From contig JAYNUQ010000008.1 of the NCBI GenBank assembly GCA_038116375.1, positions 305-64,304 of the forward strand: 64,000 nucleotides of DNA. Reading direction: 5' to 3'. Positions 26,095-35,684 of the stretch are shown piece after piece. The stretch is from Candidatus Poseidoniales archaeon. Its GTDB lineage: Archaea > Thermoplasmatota > Poseidoniia > Poseidoniales > Poseidoniaceae. The notes below the pieces were generated by a model. It searched no databases and had not been told where the DNA came from. It saw nothing but the letters and a program-made list of their open reading frames with translations. The position numbers and the translations under genes are program-made. The number at the start of each line of letters is the position of its first letter. Position 1 is the stretch's first letter.

Positions 26095-27021
26095 ATGGAT
26101 GAACAACAGGTAGAAGACATTGTGAAATGCAGCGACTGTGGAAGCAGATCGCTCTCAAGAGACGAAACTCGCGGCGAAGTGGTTTGCGACGATTGTGGAT
26201 TGGTTTTGGAAGACAACGTCATCGACCAAGGCGCTGAGTGGCGTGTCTTTTCCCCCGAGCAAGGCGACCAGCGAGCCCGTACAGGTGCACCGATGACCGT
26301 GATGCTTCACGACAAAGGATTGTCCACGGACATCGACTGGCAAAACAAAGACTACTCTGGAAAGACGATCAATTCTCGATACAGGTCGCAATTTTATCGC
26401 ATGCGTAAATGGCAGAAGCGAAGCCGTGTGAGCAACGCTACCGAGCGCAACCTCGCCATGGCTCTTGCCGAATTGGATCGAATGGCCAGCCGTTTGGAGC
26501 TTCCAAAAACCGTTCGCGAAGCAGCCGCTGTGAATTACAAGAAAGCTGTGGACAAGCGATTGATTCGTGGCCGCTCCATCGAAGGTGTCGCCGCTGCTTC
26601 CCTCTACGCAGCTTGCCGTCAGTGTGGGGTTCCCCGAACGTTGGACGAAATTGGGCAAGCCTCCCGAACCGGTCGCAAGGAAATTGGCCGAACGTACCGA
26701 TTCATGGTTCGTGAATTGAAAATGAAGATCATGCCAACCGGGCCTGAAGATTACATTTCCCGCTTCTGTTCGGGATTGGGTCTTGACGCTGACGTTGAAG
26801 CCAAAGCCTACGAACTCATCAAGGCCGCTCAAGAAAAGGAGTTGACCAGCGGCCGCGGTCCAACGGGCATCGCCGCTTCCATCATCTACATCGCCTCGGT
26901 GTTGTGCGGAAAGCGACGAACGCAGCGCGAAGTTGCCGAAGTTGCCGGTGTCACCGAAGTCACCATCCGAAACAGGTACAAGGAACTCATCCAAAACCTG
27001 AACATCGAACTTGACATCTGA
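26095..27021 (+). CDS. tfb: Transcription initiation factor IIB (TFB)
   Basis: N-terminal zinc ribbon [25 protein letters not shown]-reader region GAEWRVF, and two cyclin-fold repeats ([18 protein letters not shown] and [17 protein letters not shown]). Confidence 0.95.
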   Translation: MDEQQVEDIVKCSDCGSRSLSRDETRGEVVCDDCGLVLEDNVIDQGAEWRVFSPEQGDQRARTGAPMTVMLHDKGLSTDIDWQNKDYSGKTINSRYRSQFYRMRKWQKRSRVSNATERNLAMALAELDRMASRLELPKTVREAAAVNYKKAVDKRLIRGRSIEGVAAASLYAACRQCGVPRTLDEIGQASRTGRKEIGRTYRFMVRELKMKIMPTGPEDYISRFCSGLGLDADVEAKAYELIKAAQEKELTSGRGPTGIAASIIYIASVLCGKRRTQREVAEVAGVTEVTIRNRYKELIQNLNIELDI

Positions 27022-27029
27022 GTTTCACG

Positions 27030-28526
27030 TTGGTTTTGAACACAGGATGGGAGGCTGACAGCGTGAGCAAGAGCCGAACCAAAATTTCCGATGAGGCGTT
27101 TGAACGCGTCGCGACCGGTCTCGTGGAGGCTCTCGAGCGCGGTACAGAAGCATGGCCTCTGCCCGAGCCGCCGATGAGCGATCCCGACTTTCCGGCCATT
27201 CCTCCAACATCCCCTCACCGTCTCTTTGAGGAAGGCCTCGGCATCCTCAACGTTGACCGTGGAATGTTTGACCGACACCTCAACACCGTGGTCGACCTGA
27301 TCGTTCCTCATCGGATGAACCTCAGCGACGACCCCTTTGAGATTCACCAGAAATGGCTGAGCCGACGAATGGACGAAGTGGCCCATCGCCTGTTGTTTCA
27401 CATCGCAACCGACTGGCTCGCTCAAGCGTTTGATCCGCACGCTCCCAACACCGACCGTTGGTGGCTCAGCATCGCGCTGCTCAACGGGCTGGCGACCGTT
27501 CCTTACGGCCAACCCGTGCATCAGGGCTATCACTTGGTCGAATCCATCGCCCTGGCCGAACGCCCCGGTACGTGGCACACCCAACCCGATGCCGGTCCAC
27601 AACACATGGATTGGAACCCGCACGCCGTGGTTCCTCGCATGTCGAGCACCGTGGTCGCTCATGAGCGTGGTGTTGAGGCCGCCCGCTGGGTGTTGGAGCG
27701 CCTCGAGGGCGGCGATTTGGACCGTCGTCTGCTCCTGCTTGAATGGGTTCGTCTGCTCTTGGAGCGCAAACCCCTCATCGAACCGTTGGGATTGAAAGAA
27801 CTCCTTTTGCGCCGGGCTGCCGACCCTGTTGCTGAGGTCGCCAACAAGGTCACCCTCTGCCTTGCGAAAGCGATTGAGGCGGACCGAGATTTTGGCCATC
27901 AACTGGCGCTTCGTCTTCACGAGCGGGATGAGATCCTCGTTCGTCGTGCCATGGCGGACGTCCTGACGCGTCTGTTCCGCCGACTGACATGGGACGCTTT
28001 GCCGCTGCTTGACGACATGCTCCAGTCTGAAGACGAGGGCGTCCTCGCCGCCGCCAGTGCCACCGTAGGTGACGTCAAGTTCCTCGACAAGGAACAATGG
28101 GCGGACCGTCTTCGACAACTGGTTGACCACCCGTTGGCCATCGTTCGACGAAATTTGGTACCCAACCTGCGTGAATACATTGAGTTCGATTCGAGTGACG
28201 AGCGAGGAGTGTTTCACGAACTTTGGAAAGATGGCGATGAAGTCGTTCGAACACGCCTGCGAGAATTGCTGTTGCGGATGGAAGAGGTGGCCCCCGATGA
28301 CTTTGCATCACAGGTGAAGGCGCTGACGGAAGCGGACGCAAACCTTGAGGAGCTTTGGGAGCCACTCACGCTGCGGCGCCCCGAGCGTTGTGAAGCATGG
28401 AAAGCCTGGCTTGCAGGAAAGGGAACACAACCGACGGGCGATGAACGACCGGTCCATGTTTCCCAAATGAAAACGCCAGAATCCCTGCCGGATTTGGACG
28501 ATGCATTGCGTTCGCTTGACGAATGA
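27030..28526 (+). CDS. Hypothetical alpha-helical repeat (HEAT/ARM-like) protein, about 490 aa
   Basis: High GC3 in this frame. Repeated helix pairs rich in L/R/E/D (VRRAMADVLTRLFRRL, AIVRRNLVPNLREYI, EVVRTRLRELLLRM). The start is uncertain, either TTG 27030 or GTG 27063. The antisense 443-aa ORF is judged a shadow. Confidence 0.55.
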   Translation: MVLNTGWEADSVSKSRTKISDEAFERVATGLVEALERGTEAWPLPEPPMSDPDFPAIPPTSPHRLFEEGLGILNVDRGMFDRHLNTVVDLIVPHRMNLSDDPFEIHQKWLSRRMDEVAHRLLFHIATDWLAQAFDPHAPNTDRWWLSIALLNGLATVPYGQPVHQGYHLVESIALAERPGTWHTQPDAGPQHMDWNPHAVVPRMSSTVVAHERGVEAARWVLERLEGGDLDRRLLLLEWVRLLLERKPLIEPLGLKELLLRRAADPVAEVANKVTLCLAKAIEADRDFGHQLALRLHERDEILVRRAMADVLTRLFRRLTWDALPLLDDMLQSEDEGVLAAASATVGDVKFLDKEQWADRLRQLVDHPLAIVRRNLVPNLREYIEFDSSDERGVFHELWKDGDEVVRTRLRELLLRMEEVAPDDFASQVKALTEADANLEELWEPLTLRRPERCEAWKAWLAGKGTQPTGDERPVHVSQMKTPESLPDLDDALRSLDE

Positions 28527-28528
28527 TG

Positions 28529-28945
28529 TCATTCTTCCTCGTCAGCCAGCGGACCTGAGGTGATGAGCCACACGTACGCACCGTTCATCAGCGCCAATAC
28601 ACCGACCAATGCGAGCAGGAGGCCCGCGGGTTCGGGGAAAAACCCGTTTCCGTCGACCACACGGATGATGCGTGTGACGACCAAGCACGCCAATCCGAAC
28701 ACCACAACATGAAGCCAGGAGGTCTCCGGTGACTGCCACCGGTCGACCGTGGGCGCCACGCCATAGAACCCAAAGGTACGCTTGAACCAGGCAATGTAGA
28801 GCAAGCAGAGGCCCAACAACCCGAAAACGCCTCGGGAAAAGGAAGGCGAATCCCACGGGCCAGCAGGTGCAAGCGTGGTGAAACTTTGACCGACCAAAAC
28901 GATGCCTGCAATCAGCAGGCCCACCGTATCTTTCCGGTCCATCAT
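28529..28945 (-). CDS. Hypothetical four-TM small membrane protein (138 aa)
   Basis: Start taken at MMDRKD (28945), because the longer track ORF would run across the divergent galU-like start region. Hydrophobic helices throughout. Confidence 0.5.
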   Translation of the reverse strand: MMDRKDTVGLLIAGIVLVGQSFTTLAPAGPWDSPSFSRGVFGLLGLCLLYIAWFKRTFGFYGVAPTVDRWQSPETSWLHVVVFGLACLVVTRIIRVVDGNGFFPEPAGLLLALVGVLALMNGAYVWLITSGPLADEEE

Positions 28946-28994
28946 GGTGTGCTGGAGCCTCACGCTTGAAAGCCTGTGCCTTCTCAGGGAGGTC

Positions 28995-29864
28995 ATGGTC
29001 GTGGTTCGAGATGCCGTGCTGGTTGCGGCCGGCCTCGGCACGCGTATGTTTCCCATCAGTGCGTTTTCTCCCAAAGAATCGCTCCCGCTCGTTGACGTTC
29101 CGCTGCTAACGCATCTGGTGTTGGAGGCCAAAGCCGCCAGCATCGAACGCCTGCACGTGGTAATCTCTCCGACGAAATCCTTTGACATGTGGATGCAGGA
29201 CCGAGGTTCGCTTCACGCCCTTCAATCCCATCTGGACCAGGTGTTGTTCAACGCCACCGAAGGCCTTGAGGTGCACTATCATGTTCAGGAAGAACCGAAG
29301 GGTGTCGGAAACGCCATCGAAGCAGCTCTCGACGCCATCGAAGGACCTTTCCTGGTCATGCTCGGTGATAATTTACTCATGGACGTTCACGCCCCGACCA
29401 CCGATTACCGTCCTTCCAACGCCTCGAAACGGTTGGTAGAGGCGTTTCAGAACCACGGGCAAGCGACGGTAGGATTGATGGAAGTTCAGGCCAATGAAGT
29501 GCACAACTACGGCATCGTAGGAATGGATGAAAATCGCATCACCTCAATGGTCGAAAAACCAACGGCAGACCAAGCACCCAGTCGTTTGGCGTTGTGTGGC
29601 CGCTACGTGTTTCCTGCAGAAACCCAACGCTTGTTGACAACCTACACGTATGAACAGCACGGGGATTTGCAGAGCATCGCGCTCCAAGAACACTGGATGA
29701 ACGAGGGGACCCTTCACGGATTGGTGTTGGACAACACCCAGTGGTACGATTCCGGTGCCCCCTTGCTTTGGCTGAAAGCACAGGTTGACCATGCGCTTCG
29801 TCGCGGTGATTATGCCGACGATATGCGAGCGTGGTTGGAAGACCGTTTGGCAGATCATCGTTGA
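28995..29864 (+). CDS. galU: UTP-glucose-1-phosphate uridylyltransferase-like sugar nucleotidyltransferase
   Basis: N-terminal AVLVAAGLGTRMFPISAFSPKESLPLVDVPLL (G-x-G-T-R signature), plus EEPKGVGNAI and VEKP motifs. SD-like GGGAGGT precedes ATG 28995. Confidence 0.7.
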   Translation: MVVVRDAVLVAAGLGTRMFPISAFSPKESLPLVDVPLLTHLVLEAKAASIERLHVVISPTKSFDMWMQDRGSLHALQSHLDQVLFNATEGLEVHYHVQEEPKGVGNAIEAALDAIEGPFLVMLGDNLLMDVHAPTTDYRPSNASKRLVEAFQNHGQATVGLMEVQANEVHNYGIVGMDENRITSMVEKPTADQAPSRLALCGRYVFPAETQRLLTTYTYEQHGDLQSIALQEHWMNEGTLHGLVLDNTQWYDSGAPLLWLKAQVDHALRRGDYADDMRAWLEDRLADHR

Positions 29865-30403
29865 CCTGGTTTCCAGAACGTAAACGGCGCAGGTTCCTCA
29901 CCGTTTGCATGACGCGACGCGAGGTGGTCCGCTCGTTCGTTCCATCGATGGCCGCGGTGGGCCTTGACGTGCGACCAAGACAACGGACGGATCTCTGAAA
30001 CTTCGGTCCAGAGTGCCTGAACGTGTGCGACCAGTTCGCGATTGGCTTTGGCCTTCCACCGCCCGCTGGCTAAATTCCCAGCATAGGTTGAATCGGCTCG
30101 TATGATTGCTTCATCATCACCACCTTCGACCAGGAGCCATCGAAGAGCGGCCGCAAAACCGCTCAATTCAGCGGTGTTGTTGGAGCCGACTTCAGCCCCG
30201 ATGAACCCCTTTCCGTCGGGCGAGGTAATGACCGGCCCCGCCTCTTCATGGTGCAGTTCTCCCGACCCCTTTCCGAGCCCAGAATCGCCCACGACCACGA
30301 CCAGTCCCCAGGATGCAGGGGTTTCGGCGTCGACGTTTTGGTTGCCGAGGCACGACCCGTCGACGTAAAGCGTCCACGGGCCCGATGCCGTCAACGGACT
30401 CAC
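29855..30403 (-). CDS. rnhA: Ribonuclease HI (type 1 RNase H)
   Basis: DEDD residues in YVDGS, NNTAEL, IRADS and NERADHLA. A GTG start at 30403 overlapping the gcvH stop (GTGA) is preferred over the longer track ORF. Confidence 0.8.
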   Translation of the reverse strand: MSPLTASGPWTLYVDGSCLGNQNVDAETPASWGLVVVVGDSGLGKGSGELHHEEAGPVITSPDGKGFIGAEVGSNNTAELSGFAAALRWLLVEGGDDEAIIRADSTYAGNLASGRWKAKANRELVAHVQALWTEVSEIRPLSWSHVKAHRGHRWNERADHLASRHANGEEPAPFTFWKPGQR

Positions 30404-30783
30404 TCGCCAATCTCGGCCTTGTAGGCTGCAGCGTCCATCAAGCCGGACACAGCATCGGAATTTTCGAGCGTCATTTTGACGATCCATCCGTCGCCGTAGG
30501 GGGAGGAATTCATGAGTTCTGGAGCGTCTTCAAGGTCCATGTTGACGGCCGTGATGGTTCCTGCGAGCGGGGCAAAAATCGGAGAGGCTGATTTGACCGA
30601 TTCGACCACGGCAAATTCTCCCATGTCGCCAACGACATCGCCTTCTTCTGGCAGTTCAATGTAGACGATATCGGTCAACATGTCCTGAGCGTGGTCGGTG
30701 ATGCCAATGGTGACGGTATCGCCTTCAACTCGCATCCATTCGTGTTCTTTGGTGTAGTACAATCCTTCGGGGACTTCGCTCAT
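30400..30783 (-). CDS. gcvH: Glycine cleavage system protein H (lipoyl carrier)
   Basis: YTKEHEWMRVEGD and the lipoyl-lysine motif VESVKSASPIFAPLAG. 127 aa. Confidence 0.9.
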   Translation of the reverse strand: MSEVPEGLYYTKEHEWMRVEGDTVTIGITDHAQDMLTDIVYIELPEEGDVVGDMGEFAVVESVKSASPIFAPLAGTITAVNMDLEDAPELMNSSPYGDGWIVKMTLENSDAVSGLMDAAAYKAEIGE

Positions 30784-30842
30784 CGTATCGCCTCTGCTTC
30801 CAAACCAAAGGACGAATGCACATCAACCCTACGATGGAAGGC

Positions 30843-31184
30843 TTACTCTTCTTCACCGAGGTCGTGTGTCAACACTTTGGCTTCCAGCTCGGCCCACTTT
30901 GAGGTCACGTCCTCTGAACGATGGACTTCTTCAATCTCTTCCCGGACGCGCTGAGCCATGGCTTCCTCGCTCTCATGGGAGAACAGACCCGCAAGCGGGC
31001 CTGTACCGTTACCCAGCATCCATGCCGAAAGGAACAGGAGCACGGCGGTTGCTAAGAGCAATTCAACGGCGTAGGTGGACGACCCGAACCCGCGGCCAGC
31101 TTGGAGTCCAAAACCCACGCCGAGGAGAAGACCGACGCCCGTGCCGTAGAGGAGGCGTTGTACGGCGATGGCGGGCGGGTGCAT
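30843..31184 (-). CDS. Hypothetical small membrane protein with acidic C-terminal helix
   Basis: Two hydrophobic segments (GVGLLLGVGFGL, LLLATAVLLFLSAWML). No family recognised. Confidence 0.4.
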   Translation of the reverse strand: MHPPAIAVQRLLYGTGVGLLLGVGFGLQAGRGFGSSTYAVELLLATAVLLFLSAWMLGNGTGPLAGLFSHESEEAMAQRVREEIEEVHRSEDVTSKWAELEAKVLTHDLGEEE

Positions 31185-31229
31185 GATTCCTCCAAGGCGC
31201 GTTGGACCATCAATGAACCGATGATGCGG

Positions 31230-31811
31230 TCAGTAGGTCTCACGCATGAGCTTGTGAATCTTGTAAGGCAGCAGGGCCCGATTCACGGGGGTGACTTCGA
31301 GGATGCGACCGTCGTCCCGTCGACGGATGTCCTGGAGCAGGGGATGGCGACTCTTTTTGTGAAGGGTGAGCAGGGTTGGCATGTCCACCTCGAGCGCACT
31401 GCGGACGGCTTGAACAAAGGCTTCGGATTCCACAGAGAACTTCCCAATTTCGTCGATGACCAGCACCTCACAGTGGTGCTGTGCATGGTCGATGGCAGGC
31501 AAAGCCACACGGTCCAATTCTTCCGTGTTGATGCCGTAACCGAGCACACGGAGTCTGGAATCGATGTTTTTGTGGGCGATGATGCCCTCTTCTCCGGTGA
31601 CGATGTCGATGATTTTGTAGCCCATTCGTTCGCCATTTTCAAGCAACGGTTCGGTGCGAACCCCTCCAAGAATGGTGGTTTCTTCTGAACCGCCTCGCAT
31701 GGAAATCTCACGCTTTCGCTCGTCAATGAGCATGTCAAGGACCTTTTCCATGACGGCCGATTTACCACTTCGCGGCAATCCCGTGATGCCGATTTTTGGA
31801 TGAACTCCCAT
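31230..31811 (-). CDS. Nucleoside-triphosphatase, THEP1 family (P-loop)
   Basis: Walker A GITGLPRSGKS and Walker B VLVIDEIGKFSVES. Size about 190 aa. ATG 31811 is preceded by the SD GGAGGA. A TATA-like AATTTATAG lies further upstream. Confidence 0.7.
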   Translation of the reverse strand: MGVHPKIGITGLPRSGKSAVMEKVLDMLIDERKREISMRGGSEETTILGGVRTEPLLENGERMGYKIIDIVTGEEGIIAHKNIDSRLRVLGYGINTEELDRVALPAIDHAQHHCEVLVIDEIGKFSVESEAFVQAVRSALEVDMPTLLTLHKKSRHPLLQDIRRRDDGRILEVTPVNRALLPYKIHKLMRETY

Positions 31812-31921
31812 TCTCTTTTCATCCTCCAAGGAGTGCGCAACCGGTTCTAACGAAGACCTTGCTATAAATTCTAGGGTTTAAAACGCGGGGATTCGGAAAT
31901 TAAAATCCTCGTGATGTCCCA

Positions 31922-33928
31922 TCAACGGGCGAGAGTTCCGAATTGTGGAAACGAATCGGGAAGTTCAACCGGCAACATTTCGAGTTCGTAGTTGTTGACG
32001 TTGTTGTTGGCCGCCCATGCACGTGCCCACTCATCGAGATCGTTGTTGTTGAGGTGTTCGCAGAGCCACTGCAACCCGTGCTCGATGTTGCTGTGGTCCT
32101 CAACGAGCCGATTCTGGATGTCTTCGTGAAGTTCAATGTGGTTGACGCTGTTGCCCAATACGCTTCCCTCCGGAATAACGGCCCAGCGGAGGCGGCGTTC
32201 TTGGTGGGCGTTGACGATCGCTTGACAAGCGAGACGAGGCCCGTGTGCAGGATGATGATCCCCCACCCACATGGCCAGTTGACGTTCGCTGGCCCGGGAA
32301 GGGATGTCGGTTCTGAAGGCGGGGTGCCGAATGAAGACACGACCGTCCTCACTTTCGGAAAAATGAACGCCTCGAATGAAGGGTCGGCTTCGCTTTCCTT
32401 TCACCCATGTTTCGATGTTCTTCGCGTGAGCCGTTTGGTCGATTTCCCCGACACGGACGCGAACTTGGCGTTGGTTGGTGGTCAACGGGTGCTCCTCGTC
32501 GCTCAGGCGCGGAAGTTTCGCCAACCTGTCAAGCACCTTCAGGGTGTGAGAGCGCTCCAGGCGGTCCCGAGGAAGACGGGGAACTGCCCACGTGTCTCGC
32601 GCCCATGCAACCCAGCGTTCTGCGTTGAGTTGGAACACGGGAACGCGAGAAGAAAGGCCTTCGCCTTCCCGACGCAAATCGGCTCGGGTGATGGGTCCGT
32701 GGAGGTTCAGAGCAGGGGCCTCACCGTTCGCGGTGATGCCGAGGACAACCACGCCTTGGGTCATGCCAGGGAACAGTAGATTGGCCTCTTCGATGGCCCA
32801 AGCATGGGTCCATCCGTGGCTGTTGACCAGGAGTTCTCTGAGCGGATGAGAGGATTGCTCGCGAAGGAGGCTGTCGGGAGCGATGATGCGCAAACGACCG
32901 CTGTCTTTGAGAATCTGAAGGCTTCGCTCAATGAACAATCGATAGAGATTGACGTTACCTCGCATCGTGGAAAATCGGGGTTGTCCGTTGTCGGTGAGTT
33001 TTCGGAGGCGCTCACCCAATTCTTTTCGGAGTTGGCTTCCGTCCTCCATCCCTCTAAATCGGTCCTTGATTCGCAACCAGGGAGGGTTGGTCAGCACCAA
33101 TTCAGGAGCATCGGCCCAAGGCCATTCGCCTTGAAGTGCATCGCCTTGCTTGACACCAGCGTCCAGAAGCGATTCCATTTCTTTGCGGGAAATTTTGCCG
33201 GGAGTCTCGGGCCCAAAACTGACCAGTTCATGTCGGATGGATTCAAGCAAGAGTCGCAGTTTGGTGCTTTTCACAACGAGCGGGTCAATGTCAAGGAGTT
33301 GAACGTTGGAGAAGAGCCGTCGAGTGTCTTCTTTCTGGACCTCGGGGTCGGCGTCTTCGTGGGCATCGGCATGGCGACGAATGAGCCGTGCGTGAAACAG
33401 CCCACCGCCAGCAGCGGTGTCGGCAACAGGAAGGGGGATGCCGCTCAGTGTGCGCTTGTTGTTCTCAACGGCTTCGTGTTCAGCACCGTCGTCCACGTCG
33501 CTGTCTTGCGTTGCCTTGGGAAGGTTGAGCTGCTCAACGTGCTGGCGGAAGCCAGGAGGCAGGTTGCTCATCAAAAAATTGGATTGTTGAACCGGCTTTT
33601 TTGGATTGACAAGGTTGTCCCTCATCTCTGAACAGATGACGGCATCGGCCAATCGCGGGGGCGTGGGGTGGGCACCTCTGGGCGAGCGGCCGTCCGACTC
33701 GGCATCATGGCGGGCGAGCAGATGGTCAAGCACATGACCGGGGTCGGTTAAGAGGTTGGCTGGGAGGGTTGGCCAGTCCTCTGGCAGGAGGGCTGCGATG
33801 GGCTGGAAGGAGCGAAGGGATTTTTCCCATGTATCCAGCCAAATATCGATTTGTTGTTCGCGGTTGTCAAGACATCGGTCCAATCGTGCATACCAACCAC
33901 TAACCCCGTTTTGCAATGTCCCCACCAA
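31922..33928 (-). CDS. N6-adenine DNA methyltransferase, gamma class (Eco57I/TaqI-like), 668 aa, apparently orphan
   Basis: HPTPPRLADAVI (TP motif X region), motif I-like VADTAAGGGLF, catalytic motif IV LTNPPW, then a long C-terminal region that could be a target-recognition domain. Confidence 0.7.
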   Translation of the reverse strand: MVGTLQNGVSGWYARLDRCLDNREQQIDIWLDTWEKSLRSFQPIAALLPEDWPTLPANLLTDPGHVLDHLLARHDAESDGRSPRGAHPTPPRLADAVICSEMRDNLVNPKKPVQQSNFLMSNLPPGFRQHVEQLNLPKATQDSDVDDGAEHEAVENNKRTLSGIPLPVADTAAGGGLFHARLIRRHADAHEDADPEVQKEDTRRLFSNVQLLDIDPLVVKSTKLRLLLESIRHELVSFGPETPGKISRKEMESLLDAGVKQGDALQGEWPWADAPELVLTNPPWLRIKDRFRGMEDGSQLRKELGERLRKLTDNGQPRFSTMRGNVNLYRLFIERSLQILKDSGRLRIIAPDSLLREQSSHPLRELLVNSHGWTHAWAIEEANLLFPGMTQGVVVLGITANGEAPALNLHGPITRADLRREGEGLSSRVPVFQLNAERWVAWARDTWAVPRLPRDRLERSHTLKVLDRLAKLPRLSDEEHPLTTNQRQVRVRVGEIDQTAHAKNIETWVKGKRSRPFIRGVHFSESEDGRVFIRHPAFRTDIPSRASERQLAMWVGDHHPAHGPRLACQAIVNAHQERRLRWAVIPEGSVLGNSVNHIELHEDIQNRLVEDHSNIEHGLQWLCEHLNNNDLDEWARAWAANNNVNNYELEMLPVELPDSFPQFGTLAR

Positions 33929-33986
33929 ACCGACGGGACGGCTTTCTCTCTTTGAAGATGTCTCTCAACGAAGGGATGAAAAATGG

Positions 33987-34412
33987 TCATTTTTTATCCA
34001 AAATTGCAGTTCCTTGTTCGAACCAATTCCAACCTTCGGCGACCCAATCCAACAGGTCAGACAGTTGTTTGGGAGCGACGTTGGCTGTTTTGGCAATCTT
34101 ACGAAGGGCGGTGAGTTCCTTGCGGTCGTAGGCTCCGTCCACCGCAGCAACCAGCGCAGCATCTCGTAGAATCATCTGCGTGAATTCCGGCTCGAGGTCG
34201 GCCAGAGATTGGTCAAGTGGAATCGGTTGTTCAAATCCCGCACGGACGGTAATTCTTGATTCGGGATGCATCATGGCTCGGCCCATCATCGCTTCAATAA
34301 CGGCGATTTCTTCCCGAACCAAGGCCCCGTCGGCCGCAGCGATGTAGACCAAGACCTGTGCATACCGCATCCGTTCTTGGGGAGAACGATGGATCATTCC
34401 ATCGGGAAACAT
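33987..34412 (-). CDS. TerB-like (tellurite-resistance TerB fold) protein
   Basis: Two AAxDG repeats (YIAAADGALVREEIAVIE and LVAAVDGAYDRKELTAL), typical of the TerB family. Confidence 0.6.
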   Translation of the reverse strand: MFPDGMIHRSPQERMRYAQVLVYIAAADGALVREEIAVIEAMMGRAMMHPESRITVRAGFEQPIPLDQSLADLEPEFTQMILRDAALVAAVDGAYDRKELTALRKIAKTANVAPKQLSDLLDWVAEGWNWFEQGTAILDKK

Positions 34413-34418
34413 GGGCGC

Positions 34419-34850
34419 TCATTCCTCGAGCGTGTCCAAGAGTTCATACCCTTCTTTCATCCACTTGTAACCTTTGATGGTCCAATTGAGCAGATGTTCC
34501 ACGGCTTCTTCTTTCAACCCCAAATGCTCGGAGATGTCTTCCAGCGCGTCCCGTTCGTCCTCGTCAACCGTGCCATCGGCCGCAGCCATCATCACCGCAT
34601 CTCGGAGTGCGAGCCGTCCCGCTTCACCTGACAAATCCGCTAAGCATTCCTCAAGACTTGGAGGGTTTTTGAGCGCAGCACGAATGGATTCTCGCTGGCC
34701 AGGAGAAAGCAAAGCCGTTCCCAAGCGCTGTTCAAACATCGCCATCTCATCCACGGTCAGTTCGTTGTCAATTCGTGCCATGTAGGCGAGCAGGCGAGCG
34801 TAGGCAAACCGTTCTTCTCGGGGGAGTTTGTGAACCGTGTCGGGTAGCAT
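34419..34850 (-). CDS. TerB-like protein, paralogue of 33987..34412
   Basis: ARIDNELTVDEMAMFE and MMAAADGTVDEDERDAL. Start taken at MLPDTV (34850). Confidence 0.6.
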   Translation of the reverse strand: MLPDTVHKLPREERFAYARLLAYMARIDNELTVDEMAMFEQRLGTALLSPGQRESIRAALKNPPSLEECLADLSGEAGRLALRDAVMMAAADGTVDEDERDALEDISEHLGLKEEAVEHLLNWTIKGYKWMKEGYELLDTLEE

Positions 34851-34944
34851 TGACGAGGTTTGCGCGCTTCTTCCCAATGAACCCAACGGATGAAATCCCC
34901 CAAAACCCCCCAATCTTGAAACCCATGTCCAACGACCGAAGACC

Positions 34945-35274
34945 ATGGCCCTCAACGCTCAAGATGACGTTGTGGTGTGGACTGGACGCGGTTGTGGTGC
35001 TTGTGTTCGAGCCAAACAACTTCTTGACACAAAGAAAGTGAGTTACAAAGAGCGGCGCCTGAAGAACGACCCGAGCGTGCAACGTTCGTTCGCCCGAGCG
35101 ACCGGTGGAGCAAGGACGGTTCCACAAATCATCATTCGAGGCCAGAACATTGGCGGGTTTGACGATCTCGTGATTCTTGAACGGTCGGGGGAACTCGATG
35201 TCATGCTGGGCCGAGCAGAACCTACCGACCGTCCAACGTGGTGGCAGCGAATCCGCCGGGCGCTTCGCCGGTGA
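34945..35274 (+). CDS. Glutaredoxin
   Basis: VVVWTGRGCGACVRAKQLL (CxxC), TVPQIIIRGQNIGGFDDL (the TVP and GGxdD motifs). Confidence 0.8.
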   Translation: MALNAQDDVVVWTGRGCGACVRAKQLLDTKKVSYKERRLKNDPSVQRSFARATGGARTVPQIIIRGQNIGGFDDLVILERSGELDVMLGRAEPTDRPTWWQRIRRALRR

Positions 35275-35321
35275 ACATTCCGTGAACAAGCGTTCATAGG
35301 ACGGTCCCTTTTCCTTGAACC

Positions 35322-35684
35322 ATGGACCCCAGCGTGAACGTCTTGGGAACGGAACTTGAGCCCTGTTCGGAAGACCCGTTGACGGGATGGTATCGAGACG
35401 GATGCTGCAACACCGACGATAACGACCGAGGCTCGCACACGGTTTGCTGCGTCCTTACCGATGATTTTCTCCAATTCGCAAAAGAAATGGGCAACGACCT
35501 CATCACGCCCGCACCCCGATTCAACTTTCCAGGTCTCAAAGCGGGAGATTCCTGGTGCGTCTGCGCCCGAACATGGTTGCTAGCGGTCAACGCTGGGATG
35601 GGATGCCCTGTTGATTTGGAAGCGACCCATCAGCGAGCGCTGGACATCATTCCGCTTGAAGTGCTTGAGACGCATGCGGTGTAG
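35322..35684 (+). CDS. DUF2237-family Cys-rich protein
   Basis: NVLGTELEPCSEDPLTGWYRDGCC...GSHTVC...WCVCARTW matches my recollection of the DUF2237 pattern. Confidence 0.65.
   Translation: MDPSVNVLGTELEPCSEDPLTGWYRDGCCNTDDNDRGSHTVCCVLTDDFLQFAKEMGNDLITPAPRFNFPGLKAGDSWCVCARTWLLAVNAGMGCPVDLEATHQRALDIIPLEVLETHAV

Noticed and set aside
31230-33928. Methyltransferase plus P-loop NTPase as a two-gene restriction/defence module
   Set aside because: The NTPase matches the small housekeeping THEP1 family, has its own SD and TATA-like box, and is separated by 110 nt. No nuclease or helicase motifs are present, so a defence-system call is not supported.
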